Assembly: GCA_016235455.1 (NCBI GenBank)
Contig: JACRKZ010000101.1
Coordinates: forward strand, 1 to 34,464
DNA from: Armatimonadota bacterium
Lineage (GTDB): Bacteria; Armatimonadota; UBA10988
Direction: 5' to 3'
DNA: 34,464 bases
Positions 1-10,349 of this stretch are shown here, piece after piece (within the stretch, counting starts at the first letter, position 1; each line of letters begins with the position of its first letter). A program made the translations under genes and the position numbers. The notes under the pieces were generated by a model, which worked only from the letters and a program-made list of their open reading frames with translations, did not search any database and was not told the origin of the DNA.

Positions 1-4
1 TACG

Positions 5-1204
<1,200 letters not shown>

Positions 1205-1269
1205 CACGGTCGCTTCGGGCGTCGTCACGAAGATCATCGAGTAAACGGACAACGGACGGGAGCGGACCA

Positions 1270-1578
1270 ATGGCGCAACAACGCATCCGCATTCGGTTGA
1301 AGTCATTCGACCATAAGGCCCTGGATCGCTGGGCCCAGAAGATCTCGCAGACAGTGGTGCGTACGGGCGCCAAAATCCGCGGCCCAGTACCGCTGCCCAC
1401 GGAAGTGCGGCGGTTCTGCGTGCCGAAGTCGCCGTTCATCGACAAAGAGTCGATGGAGCACTTCGAGATCCGCACGCACAAGCGACTGATCGACATCGTC
1501 GATCCGACGCCGCGCACGGTGGACGCGCTCATGCGGGTGGATATCCCGGGTGGCGTGGACATCGAGATCAAGGTCTGA
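1270..1578 (+). CDS. rpsJ: 30S ribosomal protein S10 (uS10)
   Basis: [11 protein letters not shown]...GPVPLPT...[14 protein letters not shown]; ATG at 1270 chosen over the ORF-track start, which lies in the duplication. Confidence 0.98.
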   Translation: MAQQRIRIRLKSFDHKALDRWAQKISQTVVRTGAKIRGPVPLPTEVRRFCVPKSPFIDKESMEHFEIRTHKRLIDIVDPTPRTVDALMRVDIPGGVDIEIKV

Positions 1579-1588
1579 GAGGAATCTG

Positions 1589-2257
1589 ATGAAAGGCCTG
1601 ATCGGACGCAAAGTCGGCATGACCCAACTGTTCCGCCCCGCTGGTGAGCGGGTTGCGGTGACGGTGCTGCAGGTCGGCCCCTGCGTCGTGACGCAGCAGA
1701 AGACTGCGGCGAACGACGGTTACGAAGCCCTGCAGTTGGCTTTCGAACCCGTCATCGACGATGAGACCGCGCGCGGCCTCTCGCCTGAACGGCGCGAGAA
1801 GCGCTTGGCCAAGCGGTGCAACAAGCCGCAGCGCCGGCACTTCGAGAAGGCCGGCATCGCCCCGCACAGGGTGGTGCGCGAGATCCGCGTCGACGACGCG
1901 GCCGCCACCGCCGTGGGTACCGTGCTGACGGCCGACCTGTTCGCCCCTGGCGACAAGGTCGACATCATCGGCACCACCCGGGGTTTCGGCTTCCAGGGCG
2001 CGATGAAGCGACACAACTTCAAGGGTCAGGGGGCCAGCCATGGCGCCAAGATCCATCGCAAGCCGGCCAGCGCCGGTGCCACGGACGCCGCGCGGGTGTT
2101 CAAGGGCAAGCGCAGCCCGGGTCATATGGGCCACGTGCGCATGACCGAGCAGAACCTGGTGGTCGAAGTCGTCGACCTCGAGGCCAACCTGTTGGTCGTG
2201 CGTGGCGCGGTGCCTGGTCCCAAGGGCGGCCTGATCATGGTTGTCGCCGAGGAGTAG
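1589..2257 (+). CDS. rplC: 50S ribosomal protein L3 (uL3)
   Basis: MKGLIGRKVGMTQ, GFGFQGAMKRH, GAVPGPKG; SD GAGG upstream of ATG 1589. Confidence 0.98.
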   Translation: MKGLIGRKVGMTQLFRPAGERVAVTVLQVGPCVVTQQKTAANDGYEALQLAFEPVIDDETARGLSPERREKRLAKRCNKPQRRHFEKAGIAPHRVVREIRVDDAAATAVGTVLTADLFAPGDKVDIIGTTRGFGFQGAMKRHNFKGQGASHGAKIHRKPASAGATDAARVFKGKRSPGHMGHVRMTEQNLVVEVVDLEANLLVVRGAVPGPKGGLIMVVAEE

Positions 2258-2261
2258 GACA

Positions 2262-3029
2262 ATGCCCCAGATCAAGGTTCATAATCTCGGCGGCGACGCG
2301 GCGGGCGAACTCGCGCTGAACGACACCCTCTTTGGGGCGCCGGTGCGCGGTGACCTGATGCACGCCGCGGTGGTGGCCCAGCTGGCCGCCAAGCGCGCGG
2401 GTACGCAGAGCGCTCTGACGCGCGGCGAGGTGCGCGGCGGTGGCAAGAAGCCGTACCGCCAGAAGGGCACCGGCCGAGCGCGCCAGGGCTCCACGCGGTC
2501 CCCGCAGTGGAAGGGCGGCGGCGTCGTCTTCGCACCCAAGCCGCGCAGCTACGAGCAGAAGTTGCCGCGCAAGGTGCGCCAGGCCGCGCTGCGTAGCGCC
2601 TGGAGCGACCATGCCGCCTGCGGTACGCTGGTGGTGGTGGACGCGCTGGCCCTGGAAGTCAAGACCAAGGCCGTGGCCGACACGCTGAAGTCGTTGCTCG
2701 CGCCGTTCGCGGAGGCGCTCGCCGCCACCATGCCGGCGGCCACCGAGCGCGGTGAAGGCGATACGCGACCGGGTCGGCGGGTGCGCGCGCGGCGTCATGT
2801 GATGCTGCTGCTCGGCCCGGACGAGCTGGCGCTGCGGCAGGCCACGCGCAATCTGGCCAGCATCGAGTTCGATCTGGCCGACAAGAAGACGGTCACCTAC
2901 GCGGTGCAGGTCAACACGGCGCCGTATGCGTCGGTCTATGACCTGGTCTGGGCCGATGTGGTGGTGGCCAGCGCGTCGGCTCTGGCCCGGGTCAGCGACG
3001 AGTTCGCGCCGCAGGAGGAGACGGCCTGA
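2262..3029 (+). CDS. rplD: 50S ribosomal protein L4 (uL4), with insertions
   Basis: EVRGGGKKPYRQKGTGRARQGSTRSPQWKGGG; position after rplC. Confidence 0.98.
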   Translation: MPQIKVHNLGGDAAGELALNDTLFGAPVRGDLMHAAVVAQLAAKRAGTQSALTRGEVRGGGKKPYRQKGTGRARQGSTRSPQWKGGGVVFAPKPRSYEQKLPRKVRQAALRSAWSDHAACGTLVVVDALALEVKTKAVADTLKSLLAPFAEALAATMPAATERGEGDTRPGRRVRARRHVMLLLGPDELALRQATRNLASIEFDLADKKTVTYAVQVNTAPYASVYDLVWADVVVASASALARVSDEFAPQEETA

Positions 3030-3316
3030 TGGACGCAACGGATATCATCGTTCGCCCGGTGGTGAGCGAGAAGACATTTGATCTGGCGGGCGAGGGGCGC
3101 TTCACCTTCGAGGTGGCCGCCCGCGCCAACAAGATCCAGATCCGCGAGGCGATCGAGAAGCTGTTCAACGTCCACGTGACGGCGGTCAATACCATGTGGG
3201 TGCAAGGCAAGTCGCGCCGGCTCGGCCGGCTCAAGGCGGGCCGCACACCCAAGTGGAAGAAGGCCATCGTGACGCTGGTCGCCGGCGAGTCGATCCCGAT
3301 CTTCGAAACGGGCTAA
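3029..3316 (+). CDS. rplW: 50S ribosomal protein L23 (uL23)
   Basis: RPVVSEK...[16 protein letters not shown]...WKKAIVTL; TGATG overlap with rplD. Confidence 0.98.
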   Translation: MDATDIIVRPVVSEKTFDLAGEGRFTFEVAARANKIQIREAIEKLFNVHVTAVNTMWVQGKSRRLGRLKAGRTPKWKKAIVTLVAGESIPIFETG

Positions 3317-3326
3317 GGAGCAAGCC

Positions 3327-4163
3327 ATGCCGGTGAAGGAATATAGACCAACCTCGCCCGGTCGCCGCTCGATGAGCGTCGTGGTGCGCTCCGAGGTGAC
3401 TCGCGAGACACCCGAGCGCAGCCTCGTCAAGGGCACCAAGCGCGGGTCCGGTCGCAATAATCAGGGCAAGCTGACGGTCCGCCATCGCGGCGGCGGTCAC
3501 AAGCGCAGGTATCGCCTGGTCGACTTCAAGCGGACTCGCGACGGCATTCCCGCGCGCGTGGCCACGGTCGAGTACGACCCGAACCGCTCGGCGTACATCG
3601 CGCTGCTCAACTATGTTGACGGCTTCAAGAGCTACATGCTCGCGCCCATGAACATCGAGATTGGCGCGGTGGTGCAGAGCGGGCCGGACGCGCCCGTGGC
3701 GCCAGGCAACTGCCTGCCGCTGAGCCGCATGCCGCTGGGTAGCGTGGTCCACAATGTGGAGCTCAAGCCCGGCCGCGGTGGCCAGCTGGCGCGTAGCGCC
3801 GGCAGCTTCGTGCAGTTGATGGCCAAGGAAGGCGACTGGGCCTTCTTGCGGCTGCCCAGCGGTGAGCAGCGCATGGTGCCCGTGGCCTGCCGCGCGACCC
3901 TCGGTCGCGTGAGCAACCCGGACCATTCGAACATCACCGTCGGCAAGGCCGGCCGCTCGCGCTGGATGGGCAAGCGCCCGACCGTGCGCGGTCTGGCTAT
4001 GAACACCAACGACCATCCCCATGGCGGTGGTGAGGGCGGCACGGATATCGGTCGCAAGGACGGTCCCCGCACCAAGTGGGGCAAGCCGGCCTTGGGCCGC
4101 AAGACCCGCCGCACCCGGCGCGAGAGCGACCGGTTGATTCTGCGGCGCCGCAAGACGCGGTAG
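3327..4163 (+). CDS. rplB: 50S ribosomal protein L2 (uL2)
   Basis: [36 protein letters not shown]. Confidence 0.99.
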   Translation: MPVKEYRPTSPGRRSMSVVVRSEVTRETPERSLVKGTKRGSGRNNQGKLTVRHRGGGHKRRYRLVDFKRTRDGIPARVATVEYDPNRSAYIALLNYVDGFKSYMLAPMNIEIGAVVQSGPDAPVAPGNCLPLSRMPLGSVVHNVELKPGRGGQLARSAGSFVQLMAKEGDWAFLRLPSGEQRMVPVACRATLGRVSNPDHSNITVGKAGRSRWMGKRPTVRGLAMNTNDHPHGGGEGGTDIGRKDGPRTKWGKPALGRKTRRTRRESDRLILRRRKTR

Positions 4164-4173
4164 GAGAGGGCTA

Positions 4174-4449
4174 ATGCCGCGAAGTCTGCGCAAAGGACCG
4201 TTTGTAGACGGCCACCTTCAGGCGAAGGTGGATACGTTGAACCAGACCGGACGCAAAGAGGTCATCAAGACCTGGTCGCGCCGGTCGACGATCACCCCCG
4301 ACATGATCGGGCATACCATGGCCGTGCACGACGGCCGGCGCCATGTGCCGGTGTACGTGACCGAGAACATGGTCGACCACAAGTTGGGTGAGTTCGCGCC
4401 GAGCCGGACCTATCGTGGTCACGGCGACGAGCGCAAAGGGCGGCGGTGA
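4174..4449 (+). CDS. rpsS: 30S ribosomal protein S19 (uS19)
   Basis: [10 protein letters not shown]...KTWSRRSTI...HKLGEFAP. Confidence 0.99.
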   Translation: MPRSLRKGPFVDGHLQAKVDTLNQTGRKEVIKTWSRRSTITPDMIGHTMAVHDGRRHVPVYVTENMVDHKLGEFAPSRTYRGHGDERKGRR

Positions 4450-4454
4450 CAGCA

Positions 4455-4841
4455 ATGCCGAACCGACAAAAGCGCAAGGCGGAAGAGAAGCGCAGCCTCG
4501 AGGCCCGGCCGCAAGCCACCTCCTCGGTGCTACGCATGTCGGCCACCAAGGTGCGGCGCATCGGCGACCTGGTCAAGGGCCGCGGAGTGCAGGAAGCCAT
4601 GGCGACCTGCGACTTCCTGCCGCATCGGGCCGCGCCTGAAGTCCGCGCCGTGCTGCGGGCCGCCATGGCCAACGCCGAAGAGAATTGCGGCATGGATGCC
4701 GACAGCCTGGTCGTGGCCGATGTGCAGGTGAACGAAGGCTTCACCATCCCGCGCATCCGACCGCGCGCCCAGGGCCGCGCCTACCGCATTCGCAAGCGGA
4801 CTTGCCGGCTGACCATTGTGGTCGCTGAGCGCGAGGAGTAA
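4455..4841 (+). CDS. rplV: 50S ribosomal protein L22 (uL22) with a basic N-terminal extension (alternative GTG start 4446)
   Basis: ANAEEN...RIRPRAQGRAYRIRKRT; position between rpsS and rpsC. Confidence 0.96.
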   Translation: MPNRQKRKAEEKRSLEARPQATSSVLRMSATKVRRIGDLVKGRGVQEAMATCDFLPHRAAPEVRAVLRAAMANAEENCGMDADSLVVADVQVNEGFTIPRIRPRAQGRAYRIRKRTCRLTIVVAEREE

Positions 4842-4845
4842 GCAA

Positions 4846-5736
4846 GTGGGTCAGAAAGTCCATCCCATCGGCTTTCGGCTGGGCTACATCCGGGATCACG
4901 ACGCCAAGTGGTTCGCGGATCGCAGCTACCGCGAGTTCTGCGTCGAAGACATGAAGATTCGCGCCTACCTGGACCGCTACAACAAGAAGCGGCCGCCGAC
5001 GGTGGCGCACGACGACGAAGAGCGCAAGGTGGAGCAGGGCCTGGCCCAGGCCAGCATCTCGCGCGTCGAGATCGGTCGCAGTGTCAACTCCGTGCACCTG
5101 ACCATCCACTCGGCCAAGCCGGGCGTGATCATCGGTCGCGCGGGCCGCGGCATCGAGGTGCTGCGAGTCCTGTTGACGCGCATGACCCGCCGCGTGGTGA
5201 CCATCGACGTGATCGAAGAGCGCAATCCGGACCTGGATGCGCGGCTGGTCGCGGAGAAGGTGGCCAGCCAGTTGAGCCGGCGCATCAGCTTCCGGCGCGC
5301 GGTGCGGCAGGCCGTGCAGTCGACCATGCGGTCGAATGCGCAAGGCGTGAAGATCAGTGTCTCCGGTCGACTGGGCGGCGCCGAAATGGCCCGTCGCCAC
5401 GTCCACAAGGAAGGCAAGATCCCCCTGCAGACGTTGCGCGCCGACATTGACTACGGCACCTGCGAGGCCATGACCGGTTACGGCAACATCGGCGTCAAGG
5501 TGTGGGTCTATCGCGGCGAGAAGCTGCCCAGCAACGACGAGCCGGAGGCCGCTCCGATCCTTGAGATCACTCCCGAGCGCCCCGACTCCCCCGCTGGCGA
5601 CGATGCTTCCAAGGGCCGACGCCGGGGACGGCGCCGCGGCCGCAGCGATGATGCGCCGGTGACCGAAGGTGTTGGTCCCGTGGCTGACGCGGCTCCCGTC
5701 CAGGCGCCGCCCCCGCCCGCGGGCGATCAGGCGTAA
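4846..5736 (+). CDS. rpsC: 30S ribosomal protein S3 (uS3), with an internal insertion and a long C-terminal tail
   Basis: [45 protein letters not shown]; GTG start behind GAGGAG. Confidence 0.98.
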   Translation: MGQKVHPIGFRLGYIRDHDAKWFADRSYREFCVEDMKIRAYLDRYNKKRPPTVAHDDEERKVEQGLAQASISRVEIGRSVNSVHLTIHSAKPGVIIGRAGRGIEVLRVLLTRMTRRVVTIDVIEERNPDLDARLVAEKVASQLSRRISFRRAVRQAVQSTMRSNAQGVKISVSGRLGGAEMARRHVHKEGKIPLQTLRADIDYGTCEAMTGYGNIGVKVWVYRGEKLPSNDEPEAAPILEITPERPDSPAGDDASKGRRRGRRRGRSDDAPVTEGVGPVADAAPVQAPPPPAGDQA

Positions 5737-5748
5737 GGAGAGCCGGCC

Positions 5749-6174
5749 ATGTTGATGCCACGACGTGAGAAGTACAGGCGGCTGCACCGCGGCCGCATGC
5801 GCGGCGAGACCAAGGGCGGCGCCGAGGTGTCGTTCGGCGACATCGGCCTGATGGCGCTGGAGCCTTGTTGGATCAAGGCCAGCCAGATCGAGTCGGCTCG
5901 TATCGCCATGACCCGCAAGATCCGCCGCGGCGGTAAGGTGTGGATTCGCATCTTCCCGCACAAGTCGGTCACCAAGAAGCCGGCCGAGACCCGCATGGGT
6001 TCGGGTAAGGGCATTCCGGAGTTCTGGGTGGCCGTGGTCAAGCCGGGCCGGATCATGTTCGAGATGGGCGGCGCCGAGCTCGACCTCATGCGCGAAGCGC
6101 TGGGGATCGCGGCTCACAAGCTGCCGGTGCCGTGCAAGATCGTGTATCGGGAGGGCCTTGGCGATGCCGAATGA
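5749..6174 (+). CDS. rplP: 50S ribosomal protein L16 (uL16)
   Basis: [11 protein letters not shown]...WIRIFP...[12 protein letters not shown]. Confidence 0.99.
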   Translation: MLMPRREKYRRLHRGRMRGETKGGAEVSFGDIGLMALEPCWIKASQIESARIAMTRKIRRGGKVWIRIFPHKSVTKKPAETRMGSGKGIPEFWVAVVKPGRIMFEMGGAELDLMREALGIAAHKLPVPCKIVYREGLGDAE

Positions 6175-6385
6175 GACCAGCCGGGTAAAGACGGAGATCC
6201 GCGAGGCCAACGAAGAAGAGCTGACGCGGATGCTCTCGACCTACAAGCAGGAGCACTTTCAGCTGCGCATGCAGTCGGCGACGGCTGCGCTGGATAACCC
6301 CAAGCGCATCTGGTTCGTGCGCAAGGTGATCGCGCGCATCGAGACGGCCTTGGCCCAGCGCCGGTCGCAAGGAGTGGCTCAATGA
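6164..6385 (+). CDS. rpmC: 50S ribosomal protein L29 (uL29)
   Basis: EHFQLRMQ...LDNPKRI...RKVIARIET; position between rplP and rpsQ. Confidence 0.93.
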   Translation: MPNETSRVKTEIREANEEELTRMLSTYKQEHFQLRMQSATAALDNPKRIWFVRKVIARIETALAQRRSQGVAQ

Positions 6386-6633
6386 GTGAGTCGACAGGAC
6401 GCCGCCGCCAGTTGGAAGGCGTCGTGGTCAGCGCCAAGAGCGCCAAGACCGTGGTGGTCAGGGTGGAGCGCCGCACGCGGCATCCGCTGTATCAGCGGGT
6501 GGTGCGGACCTCGACCAAGTACCACGCCCATGACGAAAGCAACGGCTTGACGGCCGGGCAGCGCGTGCGGATCGAAGAGAGCCGCCCGCTGAGCCGCCTC
6601 AAGCGTTGGAACGTGGTGGCGGTTCTGGACTGA
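6382..6633 (+). CDS. rpsQ: 30S ribosomal protein S17 (uS17)
   Basis: GVVVS.K..KTVVV.VE...HPLY...KYHAHDE...[11 protein letters not shown]. Confidence 0.98.
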   Translation: MSESTGRRRQLEGVVVSAKSAKTVVVRVERRTRHPLYQRVVRTSTKYHAHDESNGLTAGQRVRIEESRPLSRLKRWNVVAVLD

Positions 6634-6657
6634 GCGAGGGGCAACCACTGTAGGCGG

Positions 6658-6695
6658 AGCGGCGTTCGCGAACACGGTTCGTGAGCGCGACCGCT
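6658..6695 (+). promoter_or_regulatory. Stem-loop in the rpsQ-EF-G2 spacer
   Basis: cgttcgcgaac-acg-gttcgtgagcg (11 bp with two G.U pairs) closed by agcgg/ccgct; no U-tract. Confidence 0.45.
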
Positions 6696-6715
6696 GGGCG
6701 ACTGGAGAAGCGCTG

Positions 6716-8788
6716 ATGGCGCAGACGGCCGACATTCGCAATATCGCCCTGATCGGGCACCGTGGCGCGGGCAAGACCTCGCTGACCGAGGCCTTGTTGC
6801 ACGCCGCCGGCGCGACCAACCGCATGGGTTCGGTCCAAGGCGGCAACGCCGTTACCGACTTCGATGACGAGGAACGCGCTCGTCAGCTCTCGATCAGCGG
6901 CGCCGTGGCCAGCTTCGAGTACAAGGGCAAGCGCATCAACCTGCTGGATACCCCTGGGTATGCGGACTTCCTGGGCGAGACCTACGGCGCGTTGCGCGTC
7001 GCGGACTGTGCCGTGCTGGTGGTCCACGCCGAGTCGGGCGTCGAGGTGGAGACCGAGAAGACTTTTGCCTATGCGCAGGAGTTCGGTCTGCCGGTGATCG
7101 CGGTCATCAACCACGCCGACGCGGAACGCGCCGATGTGGAGCGGGTCATCGACCAGCTGAGCAGCAAGCTCGGCGCTCGCGTGGCCATCGTCGGCCTGCC
7201 GTGGGGCAAGGGCGCCAGCCTCGAAGGCGTGGTGGACCTGGCCCAGAACGCGGCGTTCCCCGGCGGACAGACCAAGACCGCGCAAGCCGCGCCGATTCCG
7301 GCCGACCTGGCCGGTCAGGCGGAGGAGCTGCGCGGCACCATGGTCGAGTTCGCCGCCGAGAACGACGAAGGCCTGATGGAGAAGTTCTTCGAGGGCGAGT
7401 CGCTGTCCGCGGACGAACTGCTGGCCGGTCTGAAGATGGGCGTGGCTACGGGCCTGGTGCCGGTGACGGTGACCAGCGCCACGCGCAACATCGGCACGCT
7501 GCCGTTGCTCGACCTGCTGCTGGGCCTGGCGCCTTCGCCGGCCGACCGACCGGCGGTCAAGGGCCTGCGGCCGCACAGCCAGGACGAAGTGGAGCGCGCT
7601 CCGGACGCCAAGGCGCCGTTCAGCGCCTACTGCTTCAAGTGCGTGCTGGGTGAAGGTCGCCGCATCAGCCTCATCCGCGTGCTGTCGGGCTCCGCCTCGG
7701 CCGGCATGCAGGTGCTCAACAGCACCAAGGGTGAGAAGGAGCGGCTGGGCACCTTCGGCGTCATGCGCGGTGGTGAGCTCAAGGATGTGACCAGCCTGGT
7801 GGCGGGTGACATCGTCGGCGTGGTCAAGATCGACGCCAGCGCGGGCGACACCTTGTGCGACGATAGCGCGCCGGTGGTGTACCCGTCGACCAAGTACCCG
7901 ACGCCCCTGATGAGCCTGGCCATTCAGGCCAAGAGTCGGGGCGACGACGAGAAGGTCGGCGCGGGCATGAGCGCGCTGCGCGACGAGGACCCCAGCATGC
8001 GCTTCGCGCGCAATCCGGAGACGGAGCAGCAGGTCCTGAGCGGCATGGGCGACATGCACTTGCAGGTCATCCTGAGCAAGCTCAAGAACCGCTTCAAGGT
8101 CGAAGTGGAGACCAGCAAGCCCAAGATCGCCTACAAGGAGACGGTGCGCAGCCGCGCCGAGTCCCAGGGTCGCTACAAGAAGCAGACCGGTGGCTCGGGC
8201 CAGTTCGGCGACGTGCACATGCGCCTCGAACCGCTACCCCGCGGCTCGGGCGTGGAGTTCTCCGACGAGATCTTTGGCGGCTCGGTGCCCAAGCAGTACA
8301 TTCCTTCGGCCGAGAAGGGCTCGCGCGCTCGACTCGCGGAAGGACTGATTGCCGGGTTCCCGGTGGTCGATACGAAGATCACGTTGTACGATGGCAGCTA
8401 CCACAACGTGGACAGCTCGGACATCGCTTTCCAGCTGGCCGCGCGCATCGCCATGGAGGCGTGTGCGCAGAAGGCCGGCGTGGTGTTGCTGGAGCCGATC
8501 ATGGACGTCTATGTGAGCGTCCCTGACGACTACGTGGGCGACATCATGGGCGACCTGCCGCGGCGGCGCGGCACGGTCATGGGTTCCACCGGCGAAGGCA
8601 ACCTGCAGACCATCCAGGCGCAGGTGCCGGCGGCCGAATTGGCGACCTACGCGACCGATCTGCGCTCCATGACGCAGGGCCGAGGTTCGTTCCGGATTGA
8701 GTTCAACCGGTACGAGGAAGTGCCCGGCGACTTGCAGCAGAAGATCGTCGCGGAGCGAGCAGCGGAAATGGCGGAAGCCCGCAAGTAA
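6716..8788 (+). CDS. fusA2: Elongation factor G paralogue (EF-G2/EF-G II type translational GTPase)
   Basis: 690 aa with five-domain EF-G layout. G1 GHRGAGKTS, G2 ERARQLSI, G3 DTPGY, G4 NHAD; domain III GMGDMHL; domain IV KKQTGGSGQFGD and DGSYHNVDSS; domain V LLEPIM...YATDLRSMTQGRG. SD GGAG upstream. Confidence 0.95.
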   Translation: MAQTADIRNIALIGHRGAGKTSLTEALLHAAGATNRMGSVQGGNAVTDFDDEERARQLSISGAVASFEYKGKRINLLDTPGYADFLGETYGALRVADCAVLVVHAESGVEVETEKTFAYAQEFGLPVIAVINHADAERADVERVIDQLSSKLGARVAIVGLPWGKGASLEGVVDLAQNAAFPGGQTKTAQAAPIPADLAGQAEELRGTMVEFAAENDEGLMEKFFEGESLSADELLAGLKMGVATGLVPVTVTSATRNIGTLPLLDLLLGLAPSPADRPAVKGLRPHSQDEVERAPDAKAPFSAYCFKCVLGEGRRISLIRVLSGSASAGMQVLNSTKGEKERLGTFGVMRGGELKDVTSLVAGDIVGVVKIDASAGDTLCDDSAPVVYPSTKYPTPLMSLAIQAKSRGDDEKVGAGMSALRDEDPSMRFARNPETEQQVLSGMGDMHLQVILSKLKNRFKVEVETSKPKIAYKETVRSRAESQGRYKKQTGGSGQFGDVHMRLEPLPRGSGVEFSDEIFGGSVPKQYIPSAEKGSRARLAEGLIAGFPVVDTKITLYDGSYHNVDSSDIAFQLAARIAMEACAQKAGVVLLEPIMDVYVSVPDDYVGDIMGDLPRRRGTVMGSTGEGNLQTIQAQVPAAELATYATDLRSMTQGRGSFRIEFNRYEEVPGDLQQKIVAERAAEMAEARK

Positions 8789-8817
8789 CGGGACGAGACT
8801 GAAGAGAGGCAACGGCC

Positions 8818-9189
8818 ATGATTCAACAAGAAACGCGACTGCGGGTAGCCGACAACACGGGTGCGCTTGAAATTCTGTGCATCCAGGTCATGGGCGGTAC
8901 GCGACGACGGTACGCGCGGGTCGGCGACATCATTCGGGCGACGGTCAAGTCGACCCGGCCTGGTTCGTCGGTACCCAAGGGTAGCGTCATCAAAGCCGTC
9001 GTGGTGCGCACGCGCAAAGAGTATCAGCGGCCGGACGGGACAACCATCCGGTTCGACGATAACGCGGCGGTGATCGTCGGTGACGACGGCAGCGAGCCCC
9101 AGGGCACGCGCATCTTTGGACCGGTGGCGCGCGAATTGCGCGACAAGCGGTTCATGCGCATTGTCTCCCTGGCGCCGGAGGTGTTGTGA
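8818..9189 (+). CDS. rplN: 50S ribosomal protein L14 (uL14)
   Basis: [16 protein letters not shown]...IRFDDNAAV...[13 protein letters not shown]...SLAPEVL. Confidence 0.99.
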   Translation: MIQQETRLRVADNTGALEILCIQVMGGTRRRYARVGDIIRATVKSTRPGSSVPKGSVIKAVVVRTRKEYQRPDGTTIRFDDNAAVIVGDDGSEPQGTRIFGPVARELRDKRFMRIVSLAPEVL

Positions 9190-9572
9190 TGAAGCGGGAG
9201 CGACCGGATACCCGGCACAAAGAGCGGCCTAAGGTCCGGCTGCATATTGGTGATGAGGTCGAGGTGATTACCGGCAAGGACGCGTCCAAACGCGGCCGGG
9301 TCACCGAGGTCTTGCGCGACGAGCAGCGCGTGCGGGTCAGTGGCGTCGCCATGATGACCAAGCACCAACGCGCGCGAGGTCGGTCGCGTGCCATGCAGTC
9401 CCAGACTGGGCGCATTCAGATGCCGGGCACGATCCATGTGAGCAACGTACAGTTGGTCTGCGGCGTGTGCGGCAAGCGGACTCGGCCCCGGTTCGAGGTA
9501 AGTGACGCTGGCAAGCAGCGGCTTTGCCGGCTGTGTGGCGCTGATATCAGCCGCCAGCACGGGGAGGAGTAG
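9189..9572 (+). CDS. rplX: 50S ribosomal protein L24 (uL24), Zn-ribbon (CxxC...CxxC) form
   Basis: GDEVEVITGKD KOW motif, IHVSNVQLVCGVC...CRLC; alternative GTG start at 9186. Confidence 0.97.
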   Translation: MKRERPDTRHKERPKVRLHIGDEVEVITGKDASKRGRVTEVLRDEQRVRVSGVAMMTKHQRARGRSRAMQSQTGRIQMPGTIHVSNVQLVCGVCGKRTRPRFEVSDAGKQRLCRLCGADISRQHGEE

Positions 9573-9575
9573 AGC

Positions 9576-10127
9576 ATGGCCACCACACCGCGGCTGCGCG
9601 ACCGGTACTCGACCGAGATCGTCGCGCAGATGACCGAGGAGTTCGCCTATAAGAACGTCATGCAGGTGCCTAAGCTGGTCAAGGTTGTGGCCAGCATGGG
9701 TGTGGGCGAGGGCCGCGAGGACGCGGCTCACGTGACCACCGCTGCGGACGACCTGATGGCCATCTGCGGGCAGCGCCCCAAAATCACGCGCGCCCGCAAG
9801 TCGATCAGCAACTTCAAGCTGCGCGAGGGTATGACCGTCGGTTGCTTCGTGACGTTGCGCGGCGACCGCATGTACGAGTTCATGGACCGCTTGGTGGCCT
9901 TGGCGCTGCCCCGCATCCGGGACTTCCGCGGTCTGTCGCCCAACGGCTTCGATGGCCGGGGCAACTACTCGCTCGGTCTCAAGGAGCAGACTGTGTTCCC
10001 CGAGATCGATCCGGACAAGGTGCAGCGGATGCAGGGCCTGAACATCACGATTGTGACGACGGCCAAGACCGATGCCGAGGCGCTGGCGTTGCTCAAGCGC
10101 TTTGGTCTGCCGCTGGCTGAGAAATAG
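9576..10127 (+). CDS. rplE: 50S ribosomal protein L5 (uL5)
   Basis: [33 protein letters not shown]. Confidence 0.99.
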   Translation: MATTPRLRDRYSTEIVAQMTEEFAYKNVMQVPKLVKVVASMGVGEGREDAAHVTTAADDLMAICGQRPKITRARKSISNFKLREGMTVGCFVTLRGDRMYEFMDRLVALALPRIRDFRGLSPNGFDGRGNYSLGLKEQTVFPEIDPDKVQRMQGLNITIVTTAKTDAEALALLKRFGLPLAEK

Positions 10128-10138
10128 GGAGAGGCAAG

Positions 10139-10324
10139 ATGGCCAAGAAGTCGTTGATTGCCAAGGCCAAGCGGCGACCCAAGTTCAGCGTCCGTGCCTA
10201 CAACCGCTGTGGTGTGTGTGGCCGGAGTCGTGGTTACATGCGGCATTTCGGGCTGTGCCGCGTGTGCTTCCGCGAGCGCGCCCTGCGTGGCGAGCTGGCG
10301 GGTGTGACGAAGGCGAGCTGGTAG
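10139..10324 (+). CDS. rpsZ: 30S ribosomal protein S14 type Z (Zn-binding, 61 aa)
   Basis: [11 protein letters not shown]...[10 protein letters not shown]...GVTKASW. Confidence 0.98.
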   Translation: MAKKSLIAKAKRRPKFSVRAYNRCGVCGRSRGYMRHFGLCRVCFRERALRGELAGVTKASW

Positions 10325-10349
10325 GCCTGAGCGGAGGGCTCCAGACACT

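Noticed and set aside
6669-6681. CGAAC-acg-GTTCG resembling a Gram-positive LexA (Cheo) box; similar GAAC-ac-GTTC near 33795
   Set aside because: The spacers are 3 and 2 nt instead of the required 4; the first is better explained as part of an RNA hairpin.
9440-10324. Zn-ribbon forms of uL24 and uS14 (also bL36 and the Adk LID)
   Set aside because: These Cys-containing forms are common and well described.
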